Numbered from the whole stretch's first letter, positions 45,975 through 57,199 are shown. The stretch: DNA of 63,988 bases, filler included, from Stramenopiles sp. TOSAG23-2 (GCA_900128395.1; 13 parts of 13 records of this genome joined end to end with filler, not necessarily neighbours in it); one strand, 5' to 3'. Notes: generated by a model not told the origin, from the sequence alone. Translations and numbers: made by a program.

Positions 45975-47501
45975 TTACATCAAATTTAAATTTTGCATAT
46001 CAGTCATATTCAATACACCTTTTTTAGCAATTGATGCTTTTGCCATTGGTTTTCCCATCATTTCATACATGGTTCTTCTCTGGCCTTTTAATTTTAACAT
46101 TTTCATGATAGTAGCACTATTTTTCGCACTGTTCATTTCACAGTAACAATGAAAAAAAGCAGCAAATTGATTGGCAAATCCTTCCATACTACTCCCTGGA
46201 TCGTATTTACTATTATTATTCAATAATAACATTAATTCCCCAAGTTTTGGTACTGATTGTTTCCAGAATTTGTCTGTAATTGCGGAACCAAGTTCATTGT
46301 TTGGCATCAACATTGAGAAGAAACGAAAATGATCACGTGCAATATTATTCAATGTTCCACGAAAACAGTTTGGAACTTTTTTCGAGATAGAACGCTTAAC
46401 TGCAACTATTACTGCATCAATACATGTATTCCACGCATTTTCTGTATTGATGAGAAATTGATTACATCGATATGCATTAACCGTGTTGAATTTACCTGTA
46501 TTTCCCTTTGTCCGGCCATTCAATAATGTGTTGTAAATCCATTGGGCTGGTGATGTCATCCATTTTTGATTGAATTTTTTAGTAGCATTGTTTGAAACTT
46601 CAAATGATTGAATCCAATTTCGTAGCGCTGGTAATAACCCAACCGCAACAGCTGCATCCCATTCAACATCTGTTTGAAAATAATCTTCAATAGCTGAAGT
46701 TCGATAATGAGAATCATTTTCATCTGGATGAGAATTGTAATATTCCATTTTATCAATGATTACCTTCATTTCTTTTTGTAATTTCTCATCTGTCGCACCT
46801 TTTGTAAGTGTTCGCTCTACTTTTTTGTCTGCCTTATCTGCTTTCTTTAATGTCTTTTTCTTTTCTTTTTGTACTTTTTTAATTTTTTTCCTCTCTTTTT
46901 GTAATTGTTTACAAATTTTTTTATGACCACCTTCTTTCCAATCGATAATTTGACATTCTCTTTTGCAATAAAAAGCCGCGTTACAACCTGCACAGCGAAG
47001 TTTGCAATATCTAGCTTGACACGTTCCACATAGTTTCAAACTTTTTTCCAATTGTTCTCTTGTTCTATATGTCATAGGATCAAATGTTTTAAAAATGTTT
47101 GTGGTTAAACTATCATTTTCTTCGTGGACAAGCCCAATATTTAATAATGTACTAGCAATAGCCGATTTCGCATCTACCTTTGTTTCAAAAGTACCTACGT
47201 AAACTGCAGTTTTCATAGAATCATCAACCTTCCCATTTTTTACATCTGGTATAAATAATGTTGCATTCCAATGCTTGGCATCAGGTCCAGATACAATTTC
47301 TACTGGTTGTTTTATTGACGTTGAACCATACCATTCTTCATCACATTCATTACTTTTATTTGTTATTATTTTTTGTGTTATTTGAACACCTAAAAAATTG
47401 TTGTCTTGTAAAAATTTTAAACCTTTGACATTCTTGATTAATTGATCGTATTTCACGTCATTTAATATTTCTTGCGCATCCTCTGCACGTAATGATGCCA
47501 T
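45975..47501 (-). CDS. MYND zinc-finger protein
   Basis: CGTC...RCAGCNAAFYCKRECQIIDWKEGGHKKIC. Confidence 0.88.
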   Translation of the reverse strand: MASLRAEDAQEILNDVKYDQLIKNVKGLKFLQDNNFLGVQITQKIITNKSNECDEEWYGSTSIKQPVEIVSGPDAKHWNATLFIPDVKNGKVDDSMKTAVYVGTFETKVDAKSAIASTLLNIGLVHEENDSLTTNIFKTFDPMTYRTREQLEKSLKLCGTCQARYCKLRCAGCNAAFYCKRECQIIDWKEGGHKKICKQLQKERKKIKKVQKEKKKTLKKADKADKKVERTLTKGATDEKLQKEMKVIIDKMEYYNSHPDENDSHYRTSAIEDYFQTDVEWDAAVAVGLLPALRNWIQSFEVSNNATKKFNQKWMTSPAQWIYNTLLNGRTKGNTGKFNTVNAYRCNQFLINTENAWNTCIDAVIVAVKRSISKKVPNCFRGTLNNIARDHFRFFSMLMPNNELGSAITDKFWKQSVPKLGELMLLLNNNSKYDPGSSMEGFANQFAAFFHCYCEMNSAKNSATIMKMLKLKGQRRTMYEMMGKPMAKASIAKKGVLNMTDMQNLNLM

Positions 47502-48233
47502 TTTCTGTTGCTTCTGTACGTAAGTATGTATATATATACTATGTTTTTACATTATAGTATCTCTTTTTGTGTTTTGGGTAATTTTATTTTCATTCGAATT
47601 TAAATTCATAATTGCACGAACAATAACTACGTAGTACTAATATTGTACAGTATACAATAACTATACTTGTATTATACCTGTACTAAACTGGTGGAAATTT
47701 TATACGAGCTCGTATAGAAGACGACTTTTTTTGTATTTGGCACCTCCTTTTTTTTATTTCTTGGTTGTTTCGCGTTTTATTATTGGTCTTTAGCATCAAG
47801 ATAACATTGAGTGTAAAAATTCCCTTGTCTATCAAATACATCAAACACTACAAATCTGCTATACTTGTANNNNNNNNNNNNNNNNNNNNNNNNNNNNNNN
47901 NNNNNNNNNNNNNTTAATTAATTAANNNNNNNNNNNNNNNNNNNNNNNNNNNNNNNNNNNNNNNNNNNNATAAGATTTCGTTCCCCTTGATTTCGGTCCA
48001 ATTGGTTCCGATTTAGAATCTACCGCTAAGGTAAAGGCAAGCGTTAGCTGGTTAGTTTAAGTTGTTTGTTATACTAAAATAATTAATTTATTGGTGATGG
48101 AATGAATAATATATTAGAAACAGATGGCATATGCATATATATATATATATAGAAAATAATAGACTAGATATATTATTACGATCAACAACTTATTATTATC
48201 GCCTACAAAGACCATTTATTATCAATATATCTC

Positions 48234-49082
48234 ATGAATTATACATTATATCCGTGGTTAGAAAATTTTAAAAATCCATCAAATATACAATTTTTACAAC
48301 ATGCAAAGGAAGAATTATATGACAAAGGTGTGACAACGATACCAAATTTTGTAACAAAAGAGGCATTGGAAAATATGAGAAAAGAAAGTGTTAAAAAAGG
48401 CAAGGTAGCATATGAAACGAATGATTTACATAATGTATATTTACTATCACCAGATATGGATTTAAATACTTATCCGGATAAAAATCATTTACGTAATCGA
48501 CTTTATAAAACCCACGTAGCAAGTATTGCGTATGATGAATTGAATCCTGAAAATGCATTAGCAAAACTTTACAATTCAGAAACACTATTAAAATTAGTTG
48601 CATTTGTTACAGGTCAAAAAAAATGTTATCATTCAATTGATCCATTAGGACGTTGCAGTGTAAATGTTTTTAAACATACATGGCAACATGCATGGCATTT
48701 CGATGAATCTGAATATAGTACCACATTAATGATACAAAAACCGAAAGACGGTGGTATTTTCCAATATAGCGAGAAAATAAGAGATAATAGTGATGAGTTA
48801 GTTGTAGACTTAGTTGAAAATATTATGGATGATCATTTACAACCGGAAGAACGATTAGTACAACGGCATGATTTAATATTTGAGGAAGGTACATTATCCA
48901 TATTTTCTGGCAGGCGTTCCTTGCATCGTGTAACAGATTGTATTGGAGATCTTGATCGATTAGTTGCAGTTTTTACATTTAGTCAAGAAAAGAATTATAA
49001 AAATAGTATTGAAGTTAGAAAATTATTTTGGGGACGCTCTGGTGAGGAAGATGTATCGTCAAGTGTCAGCAGTAAATTGTAA
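48234..49082 (+). CDS. Fe(II)/2-oxoglutarate oxygenase, BesD/HalD-related with HxD hydroxylase-type motif, with PTS1
   Basis: HAWHFDESEYSTTLMIQKPKDGGIFQY, GTLSIFSGRRSLHRVT, RLVAVFTF. Ends in SKL. Confidence 0.85.
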   Translation: MNYTLYPWLENFKNPSNIQFLQHAKEELYDKGVTTIPNFVTKEALENMRKESVKKGKVAYETNDLHNVYLLSPDMDLNTYPDKNHLRNRLYKTHVASIAYDELNPENALAKLYNSETLLKLVAFVTGQKKCYHSIDPLGRCSVNVFKHTWQHAWHFDESEYSTTLMIQKPKDGGIFQYSEKIRDNSDELVVDLVENIMDDHLQPEERLVQRHDLIFEEGTLSIFSGRRSLHRVTDCIGDLDRLVAVFTFSQEKNYKNSIEVRKLFWGRSGEEDVSSSVSSKL

Positions 49083-49312
49083 AAAATATGTGTTTGTGTA
49101 TGTCATACTACAGCTAAAAATACAAAATATAATATATTATACGATCGTATGTGTACACACACTAAAATCAAGAAGAAGCTGTACCGCAAATATTTATTTT
49201 TTATTACGCTCTTCTCACTTTGATGCATTCACCAACAAAGTACGAACATCGTACGACATACGAAGTCGTATATATTATTATACACAATATCATCTTCCGC
49301 CGCGCCCTTGTT

Positions 49313-50236
49313 TCACAATTTAGATGAGGAAGAAACATTTTTTCTTTGCTGCGGTAATAAGTTATCATCATTATCTTTTTTTTCTTTCTCATCATAAATG
49401 ATTGGAAACCAATCAAAACGTAATTGTTGACCATCAATCATATTGTGACCAGGAAATGGTGGTGATGTTCGACCAGGTCTTGTTATATATACAACATCAT
49501 CGCCAACAAAACGTAAAGACAATGCTCTGCGACGTTTATTAGTTAAATTACCATTTGCACCATGTGCAGTTTTAAAATGAAATAATAAAACATCTCCTGG
49601 ATCCATACTCCAAGATAAAATATTATGTTTTTTATTATTATTATTTTCATCGAAAATGAAGTCATTTGAAGGTACTGGTTCATATTCTTCATCATTATTT
49701 ATATTTACATTATTATAATTATTTGAATCATCATAAAAATCACTATCGTCCGCCCAACTGACAGGACGTATCATTTTATCCCATAAATGTGAACCTGCAA
49801 TGAATTTTAATGATGTTTTTTTATCAACAGGATCTAAGGGGATCCACAAACTGACAGTCTGAAAGCCTTCAAGAAAGTAATATGGCATATCAGCATGCCA
49901 AGGTGTCAATTTCATGGTATATGGTTCTTTTATTAAAACGTGATCATGAAAAAATTGAGATGTTTTACTTTGCATTGCCAATGCAGCAAGCTTACCAACT
50001 TTGGAATGATATATTATTTCTTTAAATTCATCAATTCGTTGCCAATTGCAATAATCATCAAAAAATCGTCCTTCTCCTTTTTTCACTGCATTTTCACTAG
50101 CATATTGACTAGGAAATTGTAAATTTTTCTCCACACCTTTCCCTATTAATTCCAATTCTGTTTTGGTCAAGACATTTTTTACCAATACACAACCATTTTG
50201 TTGGTATGCTTCGATTTGTGACGATGTGATTAACAT
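49313..50236 (-). CDS. Phytanoyl-CoA dioxygenase (PhyH) family Fe(II)/2OG oxygenase with PTS1
   Basis: QIEAYQQNG, FFHDHVLIKEP, TPWHAD, VSLWIPLD, FIAGSHLW, PGDVLLFHFKTAHGA, RRRALSLRF. Ends in SKL. Confidence 0.92.
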   Translation of the reverse strand: MLITSSQIEAYQQNGCVLVKNVLTKTELELIGKGVEKNLQFPSQYASENAVKKGEGRFFDDYCNWQRIDEFKEIIYHSKVGKLAALAMQSKTSQFFHDHVLIKEPYTMKLTPWHADMPYYFLEGFQTVSLWIPLDPVDKKTSLKFIAGSHLWDKMIRPVSWADDSDFYDDSNNYNNVNINNDEEYEPVPSNDFIFDENNNNKKHNILSWSMDPGDVLLFHFKTAHGANGNLTNKRRRALSLRFVGDDVVYITRPGRTSPPFPGHNMIDGQQLRFDWFPIIYDEKEKKDNDDNLLPQQRKNVSSSSKL

Positions 50237-50787
50237 TGTATATGTATATATATATATGTATTATATAAATCTTGTTGTTGTTTGGCCTCTCTCTCTTTTG
50301 AATATATAATTATATTATTTATATATAAATAAGAAAAGAAGAACCAGAACTTGCTTCTTCTTCTTCTTCTTAGCAAAAAATTCACATCATATTTTGGTTT
50401 ATAATAGGTTGTTTTTAAGGAGCGCACCGAACCGAGCGACGGGCCAGCTGGGCCAGCCAAGCTCTGGCAAGGCAGGACGGCCTCCATGACATAAACCGAA
50501 TTCTATGCTAATGCCTTGTAAATGAGAAGGATGCGACAATAATTCATCGAACACACAAGGTAATTAAATAAAATATGATTAACAATACAAGTAAAATGTG
50601 AACAAGCTAATGTGTACAAACAACATTTAGTACAAACTACAAGTAATTATACTTCTCTCTCTCCCGCTCTCTCTGAATATAGATAGATAGATAGATAGAT
50701 ACGTATAGATATACATATTAAAGCAACGAACAGAAACAAGTACATATAGAAACTCGTTATAGTGATAAGTATAGCTATACGTAATAA

Positions 50788-51303
50788 ATGAATAATATTA
50801 TAAAATATTATAATTACAATAATAAAAAATGTATGATCATTTTTAATATTATCATCATCATATTTTATTGTTGCAATGTTTTAGTATTACCAATATCATC
50901 GACAAATAATAATGAAGAAGAAGAAAATATTAGTATTAAACAAACAACGAATAATAATATAAATGCAATTGTATTAGCGGAGCATACATCATGTAGACGA
51001 CAAAGGTATTATGTAGCAGAAAATGTAAATGATTGTCGAGTACTGTTAGATAAAGCATTGGAACAAAATAAAATTGAAAGTAATGTATTTAATAATCAAC
51101 CAATTGATACATTATCTGCTACTGATTATCCAATAGGTTGTATTGTTGATTACCAAAAGAAGAAAATCTTTTTTAATAAGCGCTCATCTTCTCGCGCAGC
51201 ATGTTCAAGTAGGAAAACATGTTTATGTTGGCGCGATGAACCAACATGTGCATTGAATATTACATACGTTAATAATAAGCTACTTGTGCTTGTAGAGTAT
51301 TAG
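50788..51303 (+). CDS. Small secreted or membrane Cys-containing protein, possibly truncated
   Basis: Hydrophobic N-terminal segment and a Cys module (YPIGC...FFN...CSSRKTCLC). Confidence 0.55.
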   Translation: MNNIIKYYNYNNKKCMIIFNIIIIIFYCCNVLVLPISSTNNNEEEENISIKQTTNNNINAIVLAEHTSCRRQRYYVAENVNDCRVLLDKALEQNKIESNVFNNQPIDTLSATDYPIGCIVDYQKKKIFFNKRSSSRAACSSRKTCLCWRDEPTCALNITYVNNKLLVLVEY

Positions 51304-51369
51304 TTTGCAGAGGTGCATTAGAGCTTTACTATAGTAGGATAACATATTATTCTTGCGATTGAGTATTGA

Positions 51370-51422
51370 GCATATTACTTTAACACGAGAAACATAAAAA
51401 TATTATAACTTAGATTTTAACC
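51370..51422. repeat. Dispersed ~50-bp repeat shared with 35995-36046
   Basis: gcatattactt(t)aacacgagaa...attataacttagattttaacc is found on two different contigs. Confidence 0.8.
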
Positions 51423-51719
51423 ATACTTATATTATATGATATATAATATACGTATATATCTATCTCACAAGATGTGTCGATAATTTCCGTAACAGAAATT
51501 ACCGATGAGGTAAATAGATGTTATCAACCTACGAAGTATCATTGATGAAAAATATGAAGAGGGTCGGGAAATAAATTGTGCATATATACGAGTATAATAT
51601 AATACGAAGTATATATATGTATTTCAACAAATAATACAAACACACCCTTTCCTTGTGTAAGCACGATTAGGAGACAAAAATACACACACCATCTTTTTTC
51701 ATGTTTATATGTCTCTTCT

Positions 51720-53432
51720 TCACTTCACATGCAATCCTTGACTCACCGCAAATGCACCAAATTTCAATTCTACCATTAATTCTGCATCAATTAATTCAAT
51801 TTCATGTAATATACTATCACCTAATTTTGATTTTTGTTTTGATGGACCCAATCGTTCCCATTCTTCACGCAATTCTTCTAATTTGATTTGATCAAAATGT
51901 TTTTTTCGTAATGTTACAATAATTTTCTCTTCCATCTCTTTTGCATTCATTAATGCATCATAAACACCTTCCGCTTGTTCTTTTTTTTTCGTTTCATGCT
52001 TTGATATTAAACTACTTTTTTCAAATGCTTTTGCTATATATTCATCTAATGCATTACAAAATAAACGCCGGGCATTTCTTTCTTTTAATAAATTATCATC
52101 AGCGCATTTTAAATGCATATACTTTAAAATTGCTTTTGTCATTTCAATATGACCTTTCATGATACATGCTCCGATTGGACTTATCATCTCGCAAGTTTCT
52201 TTATACAACTCAACACCATTTCTATTTCCTGTTGTCCAATTCAATGATTTCATAATTGGTTCAATGCAATCAATTGAATTGAAAAATGCAATAGCAACTA
52301 ATGGTGTTAAATGCATAGCCATTTCTGATCGTGTCTCGATATTTACACTTGTATCATTAAATGATATTAATTTTCGCACAACTTCTGGGTGATTAAAACG
52401 ACATGCTTCAACCAATGCAATACGACCACCTGTTCTAGATTCCATATTAACCTTTGCTTTACGTGCTATTAAAACACTTATCATTTCAACATGACCATGT
52501 CTGGCTGCTAATGTTAATGGTAAATGTCCAAAAATATTATTACGATTTGGATCTGACCCACGTTCTAATAATATACGAGCAACTTCGCATTGCCCATTGA
52601 TACAACATTGATTTAATGCCGTATAACCTTTCTGTGTTTCATAATCAATTTTAGCCCCTTTCTTTAATAACATTCGTACAATATCACTATGACCAAAAAA
52701 TGCTGCTTGTGTCAATGCCGTATGACCGGTTGGTGTTTCAAAATCTATTTTTGCATTTCTATCTATACATACCATTGCAGTACCTAATGCACCCCTTTCA
52801 CATGCATGTGTCAATAATGTATTTCCATCAACGCCAACCATATCGATTTTCGCACCATGATCTAACATCAAAAAAATTGATTGATGTTCAGCTTGTAGAC
52901 CAGCTTCTAACATTGCTTCACTGGTCGGCTGTGCTTTTGTATTTTCCAACATCCAACGAATAAAATCACTACTATCTGGTACTCTTACTGCTTGTATTAA
53001 TGGAGTTTCATGGAATATATTTTTATAATTCACATCAGCGCCATGGCGAATAAGATATGATGCAATTTCAATTGATCCTATTTTACATGCTTCCCCTAAA
53101 GCAGTCAAACCACCTGATGTTTCATAATCTACTTGTACGCCTAATATAATTAATTTTTTTATACAATTTAAATTATTATATTGCGCAGCACGAATTAAAG
53201 CAGTTATGCCACCAGGAATAGCAACTTCTGTACTTAAAAATTCTAAATCTTTCTTTGGATCTTTTGATGGAATACGTTGCACTTCACCTGTATGGTCATG
53301 TGTATGTATATAACCAATGGAACGCGTCGTTGCGATATAGATAGCTTCATCTATACGATTTTCTTTCACGGCTGCACTAACTTCAGTTAATAATATAGTT
53401 TCCTCTGATTTATATATACCTAAATGACTCAT
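51720..53432 (-). CDS. Ankyrin-repeat protein
   Basis: About 9 ANK repeats, e.g. GHTALTQAAFFGHSDIVRMLLKKGAKID. Confidence 0.93.
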   Translation of the reverse strand: MSHLGIYKSEETILLTEVSAAVKENRIDEAIYIATTRSIGYIHTHDHTGEVQRIPSKDPKKDLEFLSTEVAIPGGITALIRAAQYNNLNCIKKLIILGVQVDYETSGGLTALGEACKIGSIEIASYLIRHGADVNYKNIFHETPLIQAVRVPDSSDFIRWMLENTKAQPTSEAMLEAGLQAEHQSIFLMLDHGAKIDMVGVDGNTLLTHACERGALGTAMVCIDRNAKIDFETPTGHTALTQAAFFGHSDIVRMLLKKGAKIDYETQKGYTALNQCCINGQCEVARILLERGSDPNRNNIFGHLPLTLAARHGHVEMISVLIARKAKVNMESRTGGRIALVEACRFNHPEVVRKLISFNDTSVNIETRSEMAMHLTPLVAIAFFNSIDCIEPIMKSLNWTTGNRNGVELYKETCEMISPIGACIMKGHIEMTKAILKYMHLKCADDNLLKERNARRLFCNALDEYIAKAFEKSSLISKHETKKKEQAEGVYDALMNAKEMEEKIIVTLRKKHFDQIKLEELREEWERLGPSKQKSKLGDSILHEIELIDAELMVELKFGAFAVSQGLHVK

Positions 53433-54196
53433 GTTGTGTATATTTCTATTTTATATATATATATATATATTTGAACCGAAAACTAATAAAAAAAGGGAAA
53501 AGGAGAATATTTTTATATCTATAACGATCAAGCGATTACTAATGATACGAAAGATAATGGGGAAGAACGATGTATGTACATATAGATGATCATTTTCTGG
53601 AAAACTTTTACAAATATACCTCCACAGGTACATGTAAGTTGTTTTTTCGTGGTCCTTTCATAAGTCCTAAAATAAGTTGCATTCCAGGTATTGTAAAAAT
53701 AACGTCTAGTTTTAGTATTCCTCCCTTTATTACCAGGTAATACCAGGGCACCAGGTATATAATACAGGTATTCCTGGTGGTATTCTGGTACAGTATTATC
53801 CTCTAGGCGTGATTCGTAATCCACATAATTATGTGGTTTTATAGCATAGACNNNNNNNNNNNNNNNNNNNNNNNNNNNNNNNNNNNNNNNNNNNNTTAAT
53901 TAATTAANNNNNNNNNNNNNNNNNNNNNNNNNNNNNNNNNNNNNNNNNNNNCAAAGATTCAAGGGTTTATGTTTGATGAACTTTGTATTCCGCAAAATAC
54001 ATTTTGTTAAAAAAAGAAGAGAGGGACATTAAAATAAATACGTATACCGAGTCGTAAAAAATTTTACGGACGTTCTCGTAAAAAATATAATACGAACCGT
54101 ATTTATTATTTTAATATTTTATTTTTAAAAATTACTTCAATACACACACATTATATACATATATCATATATAACCCGAAAAACCTCGTCTCTCGTG

Positions 54197-57100
54197 TTAC
54201 ATAAACGATACTTTATTGATTCCTGAACTTTTTAACATTTCAACCATTTGATCTCTCTGATCCGCTGATGCGCTACCAAAATGAGCAATAAGTTGCTCAT
54301 CTAAACTCTCACCTGTATCAAAGTTTTTATCCTCGGGTAACTGTCGATAGATTGTCGGGCCGGGTATGTTAGCAGCACCTTCCATTTGAACAAACCTCTC
54401 ATATGCTAAATATCTACCTGACTCATGGAATAACTCCCAACCTTTGTTAAATGTGATTGGTTTTTTAGGCCTCATCTTCTTTTTCAAATCTTTCGAACAA
54501 GTTTTTCTTAATAATTCTGGATATAATTGTTGTCCCTTGTATTTACTACCAGTTGTTGCAATCAATCGCCTTTTGTCATCTGAATTGCCCATTATTTTTT
54601 CAAACCCTTCCAATGTTAAAATTCGAGGCACAAGACGAATCAAATGTTGTTCTTGATCTCCCATCTTGACCATCCCAACAATCGTTTCTGCACACATAAT
54701 ATGTACCCTTTTGTGACTCGTTTTTACTCGTTCACCTGTACCAACACAAGCATCAATCATAGCCGGCCAATCAAAATATCGACCTCTATTTTCTAAATTG
54801 TGACGTCCATAAAATTCTTCCATTTGAAACTTACATTGATCTGTATAAATGACTTCAGCAATTAATATAAGCTTTTTTGGACAATGGATATGTACTGGGA
54901 CAAGGGTTGACGATCCAACTTGTTCTACTATAACCAAGCCAATTTGATTTGGAGGAAACATTTGTCCTTGGACGGTTGAACCTTCATGTTTCCTATAATT
55001 CATTCGAAACGATGGAAGGACAATTGTCTCCGATTGCATAATCATGTTGGGATGGATTTGGAGAAAACACGGCTTTGATGAATTAATCATTGCAGGCATC
55101 TCTTGAGAAATAGGCCATGGTACATTGCAATTCTTATGCGCACTTCGAATTGCTTGTAATTGCAGTGGCGTTAAACGTGCCCATGATGGGTGGTATATCT
55201 TACCATCATCTTTAGTATTTGTTTTCGTTTCTTTCTTTTTAGTTGAAGAACTTTTTTTTCCCTTCATTTTTGATTTATGTACTTTCTTGTGAACTTTCCA
55301 ATCCTTTTTTTGGCACGAAGCATCACAGTAATACACCTCTTTGCAAGGACACATCATCAATTTTTTCTCCGTGTTTTTGCAATATGCACAGAAAAAATGA
55401 GATGACGTTGATTTACAATTACTATCATTAGATGTTTTATCAATATTGCCATCAGTTGTTTCATTGTTACTAGTAAAAGCTTTATTATTAATATTGCTTG
55501 CTTTTAAACCAGGATTTTTTTCCAACTTTTTCTTTACTTTCTTGTCATCCATTTGCTTACGTAACCAGTCCATACTTGTTGGATCACAATACCAAAATTT
55601 GCCAAAGTTGAAGCAATAACTTATAGCATTTTGTCGATGTCCTGTCATATATGTTTTGCCATTCATTGTAAATGTTGTATTTACAGTAGGTGTACCACTT
55701 CGCATATTGCCCGCATCAATCATGTCTTCACCTAACAATATCGGAGCAACATATCGATTAAATTGCATTGCATTAATCAAAGCTTTGTTAGCTAATTTGC
55801 TGTCTGGGCCACGATTTTGAAATGTAATGAACGCTTCATTCCATAACCATGGCTCATTCGGATCCCCTTGATGTTTTGAAATAAGTTGCGCTGCTTTACT
55901 CCACTTTCCTGTTTCAAGAAGCAAATCCAATAAAAATACTCTAAGAACTTGGTCAGGCACCTGATCGTTTTCCCACAGTCCGTAGAGCTCTTCAGCAATT
56001 TTTATTGCCTCATAAACATTTTCTTCTATTTCAGATTCCCACAATGCATTTGCTAATCCAAATCGATGGTTATAAGGGACTTGATCTCCCCGTTGAAATG
56101 ACAATTTCCAATCAGTTGTTCTTTTCTTTTCCACATTTTCTATCCAATTCCGATGGAATATAATAGCTTGAGCAGGAGTGTAACAATCTCTTGGACGAGC
56201 AGCATAATGTCTGATTCCACCCGGTTGGCTACATGATTTGATATGAGGTGTCTCAAGATGACCAGATGGGTAGCTACATTGCATTTGAATATTTTTAGAT
56301 GGCTTCTTTTTCCCTAATTTAACTGGTATGTTATATGATTGGACAAGTGGTTGAAAATCCAATGCTAGAAAATACGGCTTAGGTGGTATGGGCGATTTAA
56401 AAAGATCCTTGTAAAAGCGTGAGCAAGCCAATAATGAAGCTGTTAGCATACGTAATTCCTCTCGAGAAACTCGTTGGTTTGGTACCGTTGAATGGCCGCA
56501 TAGAAATGGAAAACCGCTGCAAGCTTTTCCTGGTTTCGCCATTGGCGCTTTAATCCGTTTTGCTAATTTCATATCTTTGTCCAATAAATATTTCAATTGA
56601 GATTCTTCCCCTTCTAAATCATAGAATAAACAAGATACAGCATATACACCTCGCGTACATGTTACGTGTGAAGGATTCATCATAGCACATTCAGGTGCTG
56701 CATATGGCCCGTGTTTATTTTGAACATTAACAGCATTCCAAGTTTTATAAAATCCACAGCCTGGGTTACCACCATCACCACCAAGTACTTTGACAATGAA
56801 ATCGTCCCCTTGAATTAATTTCAAATTTTTCTTTTTCACACTAATAAATTTACCTTCTTTAAATAATCTTACGCGAAAACGTTCTGATGATGAGGATGAT
56901 ACATTTGGCAAAATTTCACCTTTTCGTCCATTCAATTCTTTCGCACCTTGCAATCCTTGAATTTCAACTGTATCGTACACTTTCACGTCACGATTTGGAT
57001 CAAAGTTTTGTATCGATTCTGGAAAGGTGCAACCAAATTGACGCTTCACCGTTTGTTTTAATTGTCGCCATGTTTTACTTTCTAAAAAATCTTTACAGGC

Positions 57101-57199
57101 ATAAAAAAAAGCGTATTTTTCATCCAAAGTCGCTCCTTCCACGTTGGATACTCCAACCATCGTATTATATATTTCATCATTATTCGTCCATGTCGACAT
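54197..57199 (-). CDS. 1000-aa multidomain protein with an ST7/TPR-like helical region and a MYND finger
   Basis: VEIQGLQGAKELNGRKGEI (SH3-like module), WLWNEAFITFQNRGPDSKLANKALINAMQFNRYVAPILLG, CAYC..MCPCKEVYYCDASCQKKDWKVHKKVH. Confidence 0.82.
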   Translation of the reverse strand: MSTWTNNDEIYNTMVGVSNVEGATLDEKYAFFYACKDFLESKTWRQLKQTVKRQFGCTFPESIQNFDPNRDVKVYDTVEIQGLQGAKELNGRKGEILPNVSSSSSERFRVRLFKEGKFISVKKKNLKLIQGDDFIVKVLGGDGGNPGCGFYKTWNAVNVQNKHGPYAAPECAMMNPSHVTCTRGVYAVSCLFYDLEGEESQLKYLLDKDMKLAKRIKAPMAKPGKACSGFPFLCGHSTVPNQRVSREELRMLTASLLACSRFYKDLFKSPIPPKPYFLALDFQPLVQSYNIPVKLGKKKPSKNIQMQCSYPSGHLETPHIKSCSQPGGIRHYAARPRDCYTPAQAIIFHRNWIENVEKKRTTDWKLSFQRGDQVPYNHRFGLANALWESEIEENVYEAIKIAEELYGLWENDQVPDQVLRVFLLDLLLETGKWSKAAQLISKHQGDPNEPWLWNEAFITFQNRGPDSKLANKALINAMQFNRYVAPILLGEDMIDAGNMRSGTPTVNTTFTMNGKTYMTGHRQNAISYCFNFGKFWYCDPTSMDWLRKQMDDKKVKKKLEKNPGLKASNINNKAFTSNNETTDGNIDKTSNDSNCKSTSSHFFCAYCKNTEKKLMMCPCKEVYYCDASCQKKDWKVHKKVHKSKMKGKKSSSTKKKETKTNTKDDGKIYHPSWARLTPLQLQAIRSAHKNCNVPWPISQEMPAMINSSKPCFLQIHPNMIMQSETIVLPSFRMNYRKHEGSTVQGQMFPPNQIGLVIVEQVGSSTLVPVHIHCPKKLILIAEVIYTDQCKFQMEEFYGRHNLENRGRYFDWPAMIDACVGTGERVKTSHKRVHIMCAETIVGMVKMGDQEQHLIRLVPRILTLEGFEKIMGNSDDKRRLIATTGSKYKGQQLYPELLRKTCSKDLKKKMRPKKPITFNKGWELFHESGRYLAYERFVQMEGAANIPGPTIYRQLPEDKNFDTGESLDEQLIAHFGSASADQRDQMVEMLKSSGINKVSFM

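Noticed and set aside
47974-48060. Short coding-like tail DFVPLDFGPIGSDLESTAKVKASVSWLV* at the contig start
   Set aside because: Too short to assign. It may be the last exon of an upstream gene and is worth recovering because it neighbours the oxygenase pair.
48234-49082. Calling this gene a radical halogenase
   Set aside because: It keeps the HxD carboxylate (WHFD). BesD-type halogenases have Gly or Ala at that position.
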